Shown here one piece after another: positions 10,627 through 19,706 of a stretch of 64,000 nt of DNA. The translations under genes were made by a program, and so were the position numbers. How positions within the stretch are numbered: the stretch's first letter is position 1; each line of letters begins with the position of its first letter. Origin of the DNA: Hyalangium minutum (GTDB lineage: Bacteria > Myxococcota > Myxococcia > Myxococcales > Myxococcaceae); contig NZ_JMCB01000003.1 in NCBI RefSeq assembly GCF_000737315.1, positions 868,001 to 932,000 of the forward strand. Direction: 5' to 3'. The notes under the pieces are model-generated. The model was not told the DNA's origin, did no database searches, and was given only the letters and a program-made list of their open reading frames with translations.

Positions 10627-11562
10627 TCAGCTCGAGAACGCCAGGATCACCGACTCCGTCGTGGAGCTGTCATCATCGAGCGCGCTCTTCTGCTTGGCGG
10701 TGAGCGCCTGCTTGGCGGTCTCGATGGCGTTGGTTGCCTTGGTCTTCAGTGGCCAGAGCTTCATGCTGGAGTGATCCGGCTTGGCCAGGTGCAGCAGCAG
10801 CGTCGAGGACGGCGGCCCCAGCGACACCAGCAGCCGAGGGCTCGGCCCACCGTGCCAGAACAGCGCCGGCGTCATGCCGCGCCACTGCAGCATGCGGCGC
10901 GCCATCTCCACCCACGGATAGGGCCCCACCGCCTCCGGAAAGGGGCAGTCCAGCGTGACACCGGGCTTGGAGGGTTCCTTCCCGCGCTCGGCGTTGCACG
11001 CCATCGTGAAGGTGCGGAAGGCGTAGTACTTCGTGAACGCCGGAACGCCATCGCCGGTGAAGAGCGACGTCAGCGCCGAGGCCGGAGCCGCCAGCGCCCG
11101 GCGCCGGTACGTGTCCGCGGCGGCCGAGTCCCCGCTCGCATGCGCGTTGAGCGCCTCCACGCGCTTGGCCAGCTCATCGGCGGAGAGCTTCGCTGCATCG
11201 GCCAGAAGCTGCCGCGCGCCCGCGAAGAAAGCCTGGTGCGAGCCGTACAATGTGGCGGCGTTGCCGGAAATGGGCCCCAGGTCCACCGGCACGTAGACGG
11301 TGAGCGGGAACTGGCGGCCCACCTTGTCACTGCTGGGGGCCATCATGCCCAGCAGGGCCTGGCGGCCACCGGCGGCGCTGTAGACGAAGCAGATGGGCTC
11401 GGCCGGGAGCGTGAGGTTGGCACGGCGGACGGTCTCGTGCCCCTCCTCCAGCCACTTGTGGAACTGCGCGGAGACGGGATCGGCGGCGTTCCAGCGGATG
11501 AAGTCTCCCTGGCACGGCGCCTTGCCCAGCAACGCGACGCTGTTGGGTTTTACTCCGAACAT
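10627..11562 (-). CDS. tagF: T6SS-associated TagF
   Basis: LLGKAPCQGDFI and SDKVGRQFPL motifs; start placed at MFGVKPN (11562), which overlaps the tssM stop. Confidence 0.88.
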   Translation of the reverse strand: MFGVKPNSVALLGKAPCQGDFIRWNAADPVSAQFHKWLEEGHETVRRANLTLPAEPICFVYSAAGGRQALLGMMAPSSDKVGRQFPLTVYVPVDLGPISGNAATLYGSHQAFFAGARQLLADAAKLSADELAKRVEALNAHASGDSAAADTYRRRALAAPASALTSLFTGDGVPAFTKYYAFRTFTMACNAERGKEPSKPGVTLDCPFPEAVGPYPWVEMARRMLQWRGMTPALFWHGGPSPRLLVSLGPPSSTLLLHLAKPDHSSMKLWPLKTKATNAIETAKQALTAKQKSALDDDSSTTESVILAFSS

Positions 11563-14500
11563 CCAGCCCCCCTTCCGATGGTCCGCGGAGGTGCCACGCC
11601 AGCGGCGCGGAACGGCTGAAGCACCGGCGTCCCCGGCCCCGGAGAGGTGCCGAAGAACGGTGTGGCGGTGCGCTCGGGCTTGAAGTCGATGACGACCTCC
11701 GACTTCGTCTGCGGCATCTTCCACGTCATGGTGAAGACGCGAGAGCCCTTGTCGATCTGGGCCACGCCCTCCTCCATCAGCCGGAACAGGCCCCACTCGC
11801 CCTCGCGGATGAGCTCCTCGGGGCCGCTGCTCTTGGGGCTCCGGACCTTGAGGAAGGCACCGGACGTCTTGCCGTCACCCGGCCAGGTGAACTGCGTCCA
11901 CCGCTCGGGCTCGTTCTTGTAGACGACCTCCTTGCCGTCCACCGAGAAGGTGATCTGCGACAGCTGCGGCGAGGGGCGGATGCTGATGGAGAACTTCATC
12001 TGCGGCTCGGCGCCGTTGGGCGAGAACAGCGACGTGGAGATATCGTACGAGCGCTTCAGGAAGTTGAGCACCACCGGCTGCAGGGGCGAGCCGCCCAGCT
12101 TCTTGATGAACTGGAACTTGTCACCCGCGCGCCGCACGTCCTCCTTGAGCGACGTATCGAAGTAGCCCCACATGGTGCCGCTGCTGGGGCGGTAGAACTC
12201 GCCCACGTCCGCCAGCGCCGCGTCGTGGCCATTGCGGTTGAAGGGGTAGCGGTTGGCGAGGTTGCGCTTGAACGCGTCCACGATCTCGCTGCACCAGCTC
12301 TGGTTGATCGCGGTGCCCGCCTCGCGGCCCGCCAGCGACGTGGCGGCCTCCAGCGGCGGCATCAGCAGCTTGCCGAGCACCGGGCGGATGTTGGGATCCT
12401 CCTGGCCGTTGACCAGCGACTGGATCTGCACGCGAGCGGTGGCGAGGCGAGAGTTGAGCGCCTTGCCCTCGGAGGGGTTCTCCAGGAACTGGCGCAGCGC
12501 GTCCCGGATGAACACCAGCTGCTCCTGGTAGAGGTCCAGCTGCACGGACTCGGGGGGCGCGTCGGGCGAGGCCGGGGGCGGCGCCACGCCGAACTTCACC
12601 AGCGAGTCGAACGCGGCCTGAACGTGCGGCGCCGTGTAGACGACCTCACCCGTGTCCTCGCTGGCCGTGGCGAACTTGATGCCCGCGTTGACGCCGTCCT
12701 TCATGTCCTTGGGCGCGCCCTTGTTGATCTTGTCCTTGAGCTTCTTGAGCAGATCGTCACCCAGCTCCTCGGTGGCGGTCTTGTTCGGCAGCTTGGAGTT
12801 GTACGAGAGCGACGAGAAGAGGCGCGCCAGCGGGGGCGGCTTGCCGCGGGTCAGCTCCTCCAGGGCGGCCAGCACCTCGGCGTTGGTGCCCGGACGCGCC
12901 ACCTCGATCGAGCCGAGGAACGTCTGCCACTCGGCGATGTACTGCTCGAAGTAGAGCGAGGTCAGCGCCTTGATGATGCGCTCGATCTCCGCGTCCGTGG
13001 AGTCCTTCGTCGTGCGGCTGAGCACCCAGAGGTCCGCGTTCTGGAGCGGAGACTCCAAGCGATCCCTCACCACCTTGTCCCAGCCCTTGCGCGTGAAGGC
13101 GCCGCGCACGATGCCCTTGGACTTGATGTTGGAGGCGGTGCCACCCAGGATGTTCGAGAGCTTCAGGTCCGCCTCGCGGCCCACATCCGCGACGATCTGG
13201 TTCAGCAGCAGCCGCTCGAACGGGAGCTTGCCCAGGGCCGCGCGCGTGTCGTTGATGACCTTGTCATTGCGCGTGAAGGCCAGCGACTGATCCTGCGCCA
13301 GCAGCTTCACGTAGAGGTCCAGGTGCTCGCCGAGGATGCGCTGGCGATCCGCGCTCTCCGCGAAGCCCGAGCGGTTGGCCCAGCGGCTCACCAGGTTGGC
13401 GACGATCCAGGCGCGCTCGTTGTCCCCGAGCTGCGGCTCGGACTCCGTGCGCGGGCCCGTCAGCAGCAGGTTCAGCTTGAGCATGCTGAAGTAGCGCGCG
13501 TACTCGCGCTCGTCGGGGATCGTCGTCTCCTCGCCCTCGTGCCGCTTGGCGAAGGTGGTCAGATCCTTCATGTCCTGCGCCAGCACCGGCTCCACGAAGG
13601 TGCGCCGGACCGCGGCGCCATAGAACTTGGTGAGCGGCTCGAAGAGCCCATCGCCCCGGTACATGCCGAAGCGCATGCCCGTGGGCGGCCCCTCCTCCTT
13701 CCACTTGAGCAGCTCGTCGAGTCTGTCTCTCAGCACCCGCAGATCCTCCACCGCGATCGAGGCCGTGGAGGTGCTGGCCTGGCTGTCCTTCTGCGCCAGG
13801 AAGAGCTTCCGCGTGTCCGAGATCATCTCTCGGTTGCGGAAGAACGCGATCGTCGGGAACAGGAGGATGAGCAGCGCCAGGAACAGCGCACCGCCCGCGT
13901 AGGCGTACTGCATCTGCCGCTGGCGCCGGTCCTCGGCCGTGCTCTGCACCGCGAGGTCCTGGTCCGGGAAGATGACGTTCGCGAAGACGTCCCGCAGGAA
14001 GTAGCTGCGAGACTCCACTGCGGGCTTGTTGCTGGTGGGCAGCGACTGCCGGATGCCGAAGGCGTCCGCCATCGCGTTCATCACGCGATCGATCGGGCTG
14101 CCCTCCTGCGTGCCGCTGTTGAAGTACACACCGCGCATCACCGGCGTGTCCGCGTAGACGTTCTCCGCGAAGAGCGTCTGCACCATCACGGCGATGTTCT
14201 CGCGCAGGCCCTCGAACTGCTGCGGGAAGCGGTAGATGCGCTCGCGCGTCTCCGGGTGGCGCTCCTCGCCCATGCGCTGGATGGAGCGCTGCTCCACCAC
14301 CTCGGCCATCTCGTCGAACTTCTCCTTGAAGACCGCGCCCAGGTCCTCGCCCTTGTCCATCACCGGCGTGGTGAAGCCCCAGATCTGCCCACGGTCCGTC
14401 TTGGACAAGTCACCGAACACGTCCACGAAGCCGGCCAGCAGGTCGCACTTGGTGAACATGAGGTAGACGGGAACGATCATCTTCAATCGCTCCATCAGCT

Positions 14501-15191
14501 CGTCCACGCGCTCGCGCAGGCGCTGGGCCAGCTGGATCGTCTCCTCCTCGTCGATGCCGATGATGTCGCCCACGCTCACCGCGACGATGAGGCCGTTGAC
14601 CGGCTTCTTCGCGCGCGTGCGCTTGAGCATGTCCAGGAAGGAGAACCACTCGTCCCGGTCATCGTCCTCGGTGGTGTAGCGGCCGGCCGTGTCGAGGAGC
14701 ACCGCCTCGTTGGTGAGCCACCACTCGCAGTTGCGCGTACCGCCCACGCCCTTCACGCCACCGCCGCGCGAGGACAGGTACGGGAACTTGATGCCCGAGT
14801 TGCGCAGCGCCGTGCTCTTACCGGAGCCCGGCGGACCGATGATCATGTACCAGGGCAGGACAGAGAGGGCTTCCTTGCCTCCCTTGCCCCGCGCCAGCTT
14901 GGAGCTCTTGAGCGCCGCGATCGCCTTGACGAACTCGGCCTGCATCTGCTGGACCTCTTCCTGGAGGTCCGGCCGGGCGCTGGCGGCCTGGGCGTCCGCC
15001 TGGGCGGACAGCGCCTTCTCGATGTCACCGGCGGCCTTGGCGGCCTTGATCTGCCGCACCGCGATGAGCGCGATCAGCCCGGCGATGATGAGCGTGGTGG
15101 CCAGGATGGCGATCCAGATGGGCAGCTGGAACACCAGGACAACGGCCCAGAGAATCGCGGCCGCCAGCGCGGCGAAGATGTACTTGAGCAT
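11550..15191 (-). CDS. tssM: T6SS membrane core TssM/IcmF
   Basis: 1213 aa with N-terminal TM helices, LPWYMIIGPPGSGKST, DTAGRY, RGVYFNSGTQEG and GEWGLFRL. Confidence 0.97.
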   Translation of the reverse strand: MLKYIFAALAAAILWAVVLVFQLPIWIAILATTLIIAGLIALIAVRQIKAAKAAGDIEKALSAQADAQAASARPDLQEEVQQMQAEFVKAIAALKSSKLARGKGGKEALSVLPWYMIIGPPGSGKSTALRNSGIKFPYLSSRGGGVKGVGGTRNCEWWLTNEAVLLDTAGRYTTEDDDRDEWFSFLDMLKRTRAKKPVNGLIVAVSVGDIIGIDEEETIQLAQRLRERVDELMERLKMIVPVYLMFTKCDLLAGFVDVFGDLSKTDRGQIWGFTTPVMDKGEDLGAVFKEKFDEMAEVVEQRSIQRMGEERHPETRERIYRFPQQFEGLRENIAVMVQTLFAENVYADTPVMRGVYFNSGTQEGSPIDRVMNAMADAFGIRQSLPTSNKPAVESRSYFLRDVFANVIFPDQDLAVQSTAEDRRQRQMQYAYAGGALFLALLILLFPTIAFFRNREMISDTRKLFLAQKDSQASTSTASIAVEDLRVLRDRLDELLKWKEEGPPTGMRFGMYRGDGLFEPLTKFYGAAVRRTFVEPVLAQDMKDLTTFAKRHEGEETTIPDEREYARYFSMLKLNLLLTGPRTESEPQLGDNERAWIVANLVSRWANRSGFAESADRQRILGEHLDLYVKLLAQDQSLAFTRNDKVINDTRAALGKLPFERLLLNQIVADVGREADLKLSNILGGTASNIKSKGIVRGAFTRKGWDKVVRDRLESPLQNADLWVLSRTTKDSTDAEIERIIKALTSLYFEQYIAEWQTFLGSIEVARPGTNAEVLAALEELTRGKPPPLARLFSSLSYNSKLPNKTATEELGDDLLKKLKDKINKGAPKDMKDGVNAGIKFATASEDTGEVVYTAPHVQAAFDSLVKFGVAPPPASPDAPPESVQLDLYQEQLVFIRDALRQFLENPSEGKALNSRLATARVQIQSLVNGQEDPNIRPVLGKLLMPPLEAATSLAGREAGTAINQSWCSEIVDAFKRNLANRYPFNRNGHDAALADVGEFYRPSSGTMWGYFDTSLKEDVRRAGDKFQFIKKLGGSPLQPVVLNFLKRSYDISTSLFSPNGAEPQMKFSISIRPSPQLSQITFSVDGKEVVYKNEPERWTQFTWPGDGKTSGAFLKVRSPKSSGPEELIREGEWGLFRLMEEGVAQIDKGSRVFTMTWKMPQTKSEVVIDFKPERTATPFFGTSPGPGTPVLQPFRAAGVAPPRTIGRGAGCSE

Positions 15192-15203
15192 CCGCGAGCT
15201 CCG

Positions 15204-15908
15204 TCAGGGCTTGGCAGCCGGGGAAAGAGAAGAAGACGTGGTGGAGGAAGCTTCGATCTCCTCGACGAGCGAGGAGACGCTGCTGCTCAACCCCAGCCGC
15301 AGCCCGCCGTAGACGAGCAGCGCGAAGACGACGACACCTCCGGAGATGGCCACCAGCGGCAGCGTCCGCTTGGACGCGCGGAGGTTGCCCGCGGGCCGCT
15401 CGCCATGAGGCGACAGCGTCTCCGTGTCGAACTTGAACGAGGGCGCCAAATCTCTCTGCAGCTGTTCGATGAGCTGCATCAGCTCCAGCTCGCCGCCGCG
15501 CACGCGGTAGCGGCCCTGGAAGCCGAAGATGAGGCACAGGTAGTAGGCGCGCAGCGCCTCCGTGCGGCGGGGATCCTTGCGGATGTCCTGGAGCCGGGTG
15601 AAGAAACCCTCGCCGGCGCGGTTCTCCTTGAAGTACTGGAACTGCAGCAGGTTGCTGAGCCAGTACTCGCGGAACTCGTCGGACTTGCTCAGCGCGAGCT
15701 CATCCGCCAGCGCCACGAGGGCGTAGGCGATGTCATCCACGTCCTGCTGCGGCAGGCCCTCGTCGCGAGCATTGCGCATCATCTCGCTGACGAAGCGGCG
15801 CAGGCGATCCTGCACCTGCTCGGGCGCGGGCAACGCGCTGGGTTCCGCCTGGCGGATCTGCAGCAGCGCGCCGAAGCAGTCCTTGGTGATCAGGTTCAGC
15901 CTGTCCAT
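15204..15908 (-). CDS. tssL: T6SS TssL/DotU
   Basis: Motifs YALVALADE, GEGFF and YYLCLIFGFQGRY, plus a C-terminal TM helix. Confidence 0.95.
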   Translation of the reverse strand: MDRLNLITKDCFGALLQIRQAEPSALPAPEQVQDRLRRFVSEMMRNARDEGLPQQDVDDIAYALVALADELALSKSDEFREYWLSNLLQFQYFKENRAGEGFFTRLQDIRKDPRRTEALRAYYLCLIFGFQGRYRVRGGELELMQLIEQLQRDLAPSFKFDTETLSPHGERPAGNLRASKRTLPLVAISGGVVVFALLVYGGLRLGLSSSVSSLVEEIEASSTTSSSLSPAAKP

Positions 15909-15932
15909 CTCTTACCTTCCCCCAGAGGTCTT

Positions 15933-17315
15933 TCAGCGGCCCTTGCTGCCATCCTTCTTCCCCGGCACCGCCATCAGCTCCAGCTTGGTGCGCGAAGGGT
16001 CGAAGGGCTGCGGCAGGTAGATGGCGAGCGTCTGATCCTGGATGGCGTCCTTCCAATAGCGGTCGGTGATGTCGAGCAAGAAGTAGACGACCTTCGGCTT
16101 GACGGGGATCTCCGGCGGAGGCCGGAACGTCACCGTCAGCGGCACGCCGGGCGTGGCGGCCTGGATGATGTTGTTGATCTCGTCCCAGCTGGCGATCTTC
16201 GCCAGGGCGGGCAGCTCGTCGGCGGTCTTCTTCTCGGCCACCTCGCTCTTCACCGCGAGGATGAAGTGCGTGCAGCGCGGGAGGCGCTCGTCCTCGAGCC
16301 GCGCCAGGTGCATGCCGTCCTTGCGGGACTCCAGAGGAATCGCCACGGACTGCTCGATGGCCACCGAGCGCAGCAGCCCCTCCAGCTTGAGGAAGAGTCC
16401 CTCGAAGGTGGCGCGCAGGTTGGTGTACTGGAACTTGGGCAGGTTGGCCGGATCCGAGTCCGTGGAGAACGTGGAGAGTTGCCCAGCGGCCTGGCACAGC
16501 AGCAGGTAGAGGAACTGAGGCGACATGTCCGCCGCCTCCACCGCGTGGGCCACCTGGGGGATGAGCCCGTTGAGCGTGCTGAGCTGCAGGAACTTCGTCA
16601 CGTCCGCGCCGGTGAACTCCAGCGAGGCCTCGTCCCGGTGACGGCGCGTGTCGGACAGCTCGCGCTGCTTGCCGTACATGGACTTCAGCAGCTGCCGCAG
16701 GTTGGCCAGGATGTAGGCCGAGCCGGACACCCGCAGGCTCGGAGGAATGTACGAGGGCGCCAGCACCGCGGCGCCCGTCTTGTCGCGCACCAGCTCGGCG
16801 ATCTTGATGACCTCGTAGTCGTCGCGGGGCTCGGTGCCGAAGAGGAAGCGGATGTTGCGCTGGGCGAAGGCCACGGCGGATACGGACTCGGTGGTGATGA
16901 GATCCGCCACCGAGCGGTTCACCACGCTGAAGCGCGGCGCCGTGGTGGAGCCGCTGGGCTCGCCGTAGCTGGCCACGCCATCGCGCTCGCGCGCCACGCC
17001 GAGGTACACCTCCAGGGACTTCTTGGAGGCGCCAAAGTGCTCCTCGATGGGGCGGCCCTGGGGCTCCTCGGGCTGGCCGCGCTCGAAGGTGACGGGCAGG
17101 CCGTCCGGGAGGATGCCGAAGAAGCGCAGCAGCTGGAACTGACCGGCCGCCAGCGCCTTGTCATCCACCTCCATCTCCACCACGCCCCAGTCGTAGGGCG
17201 TCATGGCGCCGAGCCGGGCCGACAGGAGGGACTCGTGGTACAGGTCCGCCTGCTGGAGGTGCTGGGGATTCATGAACATCCCCTCGGACCACACGACACG
17301 CTGAGGAATCTTCAT
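15933..17315 (-). CDS. tssK: T6SS baseplate TssK
   Basis: Starts MKIPQRVVWSEGMFMNPQHLQQ; ATGA overlap with the tssJ stop. The longer ORF to 17609 is an upstream extension. Confidence 0.95.
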   Translation of the reverse strand: MKIPQRVVWSEGMFMNPQHLQQADLYHESLLSARLGAMTPYDWGVVEMEVDDKALAAGQFQLLRFFGILPDGLPVTFERGQPEEPQGRPIEEHFGASKKSLEVYLGVARERDGVASYGEPSGSTTAPRFSVVNRSVADLITTESVSAVAFAQRNIRFLFGTEPRDDYEVIKIAELVRDKTGAAVLAPSYIPPSLRVSGSAYILANLRQLLKSMYGKQRELSDTRRHRDEASLEFTGADVTKFLQLSTLNGLIPQVAHAVEAADMSPQFLYLLLCQAAGQLSTFSTDSDPANLPKFQYTNLRATFEGLFLKLEGLLRSVAIEQSVAIPLESRKDGMHLARLEDERLPRCTHFILAVKSEVAEKKTADELPALAKIASWDEINNIIQAATPGVPLTVTFRPPPEIPVKPKVVYFLLDITDRYWKDAIQDQTLAIYLPQPFDPSRTKLELMAVPGKKDGSKGR

Positions 17316-17926
17316 CGCCCCTCCACCCGGCCGCGGGCCTCGACCCGGTAGTCCTCGAGATAGAAGTGCAGCGGAGGCGGCTGGGCCCCCGGCTTCTTCG
17401 CCGCGGCGCACAGCTCGGGCGTCACCTCCGGCAGCCGCAGGATGGAGCGCCACACCTGGCCCGCGGGCTTGCGGAACACGCCCAGCACCACCACGTAGGT
17501 GGCCTTGGGATCGCGCGCGAGCTGCCGCGTGAGCGACTGGCCCGGCTGGAGCGTCAGCTCGTCCGAGGCGATCAGATCGTCCTCGAGGACTTCCTTGGAG
17601 CGCTGCCACACGTCCTGGAACTCCGCGGCCTCCAGGCGGCGGATGTCCTTGAGCTGGAGCACCTGGACAATGGTCGACAGGGAGTTGCCCCTGTCATCCG
17701 GATTGAGGCGCTCACTCGCCTCGAGAAGGACAGCGATGGGGGGTGGCTCCTTGCACGGCTCGGCCGGCTTGGCCGTCGCACAGGCGCTCAGCCACACCGA
17801 AGCCGCGAGCACCAGCGCCCCGCGCAACCCGATTCCCCCACTGCTGTCCCAGATCTGCCGCCACCTCCCGGCCAGCATGCAAACCCCTGTCAGAGCACGT
17901 GAAAATGCGGCGGAACGCTGCCACAC
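17312..17926 (-). CDS. tssJ: T6SS outer-membrane lipoprotein TssJ
   Basis: Lipobox WLSAC, LNPDDRGNSLSTIVQVLQL and YVVVLGVFR; the true start is probably downstream of 17926. Confidence 0.88.
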   Translation of the reverse strand: MWQRSAAFSRALTGVCMLAGRWRQIWDSSGGIGLRGALVLAASVWLSACATAKPAEPCKEPPPIAVLLEASERLNPDDRGNSLSTIVQVLQLKDIRRLEAAEFQDVWQRSKEVLEDDLIASDELTLQPGQSLTRQLARDPKATYVVVLGVFRKPAGQVWRSILRLPEVTPELCAAAKKPGAQPPPLHFYLEDYRVEARGRVEGR

Positions 17927-18039
17927 CGAACCGTTCAGTTCAAGGCAGCTACCCGGTCCTTGGGGGGTTCCCTAGGGAGCTGTCCGCACAGGGCATGTGC
18001 CTCGCTGCGCCCCCGCGAAACCTGGAGAGTAGGACCGGG

Positions 18040-18528
18040 TTACCGAGCCTGCTTCAGCTTCGCGAGAACTTCCCGCTGAGCGCGGACAGCTTCTTCTCCC
18101 CTCCCCTTAGGAACCCCATAGAAGCTTTGGAGGAGCGCATCCGGGGACTGGGGGGCCGGCGGCTTCACGGCGAAGATCAGCTGCTGCCCTACCTGGACGT
18201 CACCCGGAACTCCCCAGGTCAGAAAGCTGAGCTGGCGAGGCAGCGAGCCCTCGAGCTGCTTCTCCACTTCTATATGGATACGCAACCGCGAGCCGCGCGT
18301 GCCCGCGTTGAAGTGCTCCACGCGCTGCACCTGGCCCAGCGCCACACACCCGCCCTGGGCGAGGAAGCCTCGCAACGGCTCCTCTTCAATGATCTCGATC
18401 TTCACGGGCCTCGCAGGCTCTTTGGATGCAGGGGGCTGCTGGGGGGCGGCAGGCTCCGAGCCAGCCGCGCAGGAGAAGACGAGGGCCAGGGCACTCAGTG
18501 CCCCCAGCACGCGCGAAGTCATCGCCAT
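18040..18528 (-). CDS. Hypothetical lipoprotein
   Basis: Signal peptide with lipobox LVFSC and a beta-rich body; overlaps the upstream gene by 10 bp. Confidence 0.65.
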   Translation of the reverse strand: MAMTSRVLGALSALALVFSCAAGSEPAAPQQPPASKEPARPVKIEIIEEEPLRGFLAQGGCVALGQVQRVEHFNAGTRGSRLRIHIEVEKQLEGSLPRQLSFLTWGVPGDVQVGQQLIFAVKPPAPQSPDALLQSFYGVPKGRGEEAVRAQREVLAKLKQAR

Positions 18529-19058
18529 GAGGGCTTCTCGTCCACGGTGTGCCAGCGGCGGTGGATCGCGAAGGCCCGCCCGAGCGCCCCGTTCACCAGC
18601 ACCTGGATGTAATCGCGCTCCACTTTGATGCCATTGACCACGTGGCCCCAGCGCGCCACGAAGACCTCCTCGCCGGCCTGCTCCTCGTAGTCCGCCACTT
18701 CGAGCACAGCGTCCTCAGGAGGCTGGGCGGCCTTCTTCGCCACCTCCAGCGCCTGAGCCTTGGTGAGCCCCCGTCCACATCGCTCGGTGAAGGCTGCGAA
18801 GAGCCACGAGCGCTGCTCTCCCGTCACCGGGCTGTACTTCGTGGAGTACTCGGAGACGCGCTGGTACATCCCGAACTTCACCCGCTTGTACGGCCCCTGC
18901 CGCTCCACAGCCTCGGGGCGCGCCTGGATGAGGTACTGGAGGTACTGGACAGCCTCGGGCGTCCCCTGCCGCTCCAGATCCCGCTCCAGCACGCGGAAGA
19001 CCGAGGCTCGGGCCGGCTCGATGGGCGCTGCGTCCTGGGGGTCTGTCTCGTCCGCCAT
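18519..19058 (-). CDS. Hypothetical protein with PepSY/YcdB-like C-terminal half
   Basis: LTKAQALEVAKKAA...DYIQVLVNGALGRAF; resembles the 30994-31476 product. Confidence 0.65.
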   Translation of the reverse strand: MADETDPQDAAPIEPARASVFRVLERDLERQGTPEAVQYLQYLIQARPEAVERQGPYKRVKFGMYQRVSEYSTKYSPVTGEQRSWLFAAFTERCGRGLTKAQALEVAKKAAQPPEDAVLEVADYEEQAGEEVFVARWGHVVNGIKVERDYIQVLVNGALGRAFAIHRRWHTVDEKPSWR

Positions 19059-19107
19059 CGCTCCCTCCGTTACCGGCTGGGGCGCTCACTGTAGCCTGCC
19101 CACCGTG

Positions 19108-19145
19108 AAAAAAGCCCCGCATCCCCTGCTGCGGGAACGCGGGGC
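19108..19145 (-). terminator. Intrinsic terminator
   Basis: GCCCCGC...GCGGGGC stem followed by 6 T on the minus strand, downstream of ORF 19165. Confidence 0.7.
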
Positions 19146-19164
19146 CGTGACTCCAGGCCGCAGT

Positions 19165-19458
19165 TCAGGACGGCCGGACTGGCAACGGCCGCTGAGGCCC
19201 CAGGGCATCGGAGAGCGGGGGCAGCGGGCGGGTGAACACGTCGATCAGCAGATGAACGGAATCCTCCGGGACGCCCTCGATGTCCATCAGCACCTCGCCG
19301 TTCTCTTCACGCAATGTCACCTTCACCTGCGAACCCTTCGGGAAACGCCGAGCGGCCGCCAGGGTGTACTGCTCGGACAGCAGCTCCAGTTCCGACGACG
19401 GAGAGCGGCTCTTGGGCACAGTGAGAGCGGATTCGTTCAGTTTCTTCGTATTGGACAT
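19165..19458 (-). CDS. Hypothetical protein (about 97 aa)
   Basis: Starts MSNTKKL after a purine-rich region; followed by a terminator; no recognisable family. Confidence 0.45.
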   Translation of the reverse strand: MSNTKKLNESALTVPKSRSPSSELELLSEQYTLAAARRFPKGSQVKVTLREENGEVLMDIEGVPEDSVHLLIDVFTRPLPPLSDALGPQRPLPVRPS

Positions 19459-19680
19459 CCGAGATTCCTTTGAGGGGGGAACGCACCCTGCGTTCTCCGG
19501 CTGCAGGTCTGTGCGGCGGAACGGTCCAAAGCACACGGCGAGCCAACGCTTGGGCGCGAGTGAAAACAAGCACTTGCGAAACAGGGCCTCCCCGTGGACC
19601 GTCCACGCCCGCGGACGGTCCGTCCACGCTGGGAGACGGGTCAGCCGTGGCCGCCTGGGGTTCTCCCCGGCTGTCCGGCC

Positions 19681-19706
19681 TTCAGGGCTCACCGGTGAGC
19701 CCTGAA
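19681..19706. repeat. Perfect 26-bp palindrome
   Basis: TTCAGGGCTCACCGGTGAGCCCTGAA equals its own reverse complement and contains the Imm52 stop codon. Confidence 0.95.

Noticed and set aside
11563-11796. N-terminal extension of the tagF ORF
   Set aside because: It overlaps tssM in another frame; TagF-like sequence begins at MFGVKPN (11562).
12225-17351. 1708-aa plus-strand ORF
   Set aside because: Antisense shadow of tssM/L/K caused by high-GC codon bias; no recognisable motifs.
19500-19560. Possible tRNA 3' remnant near the repeat cluster
   Set aside because: No TTCGA T-loop, CCA end or cloverleaf could be built.
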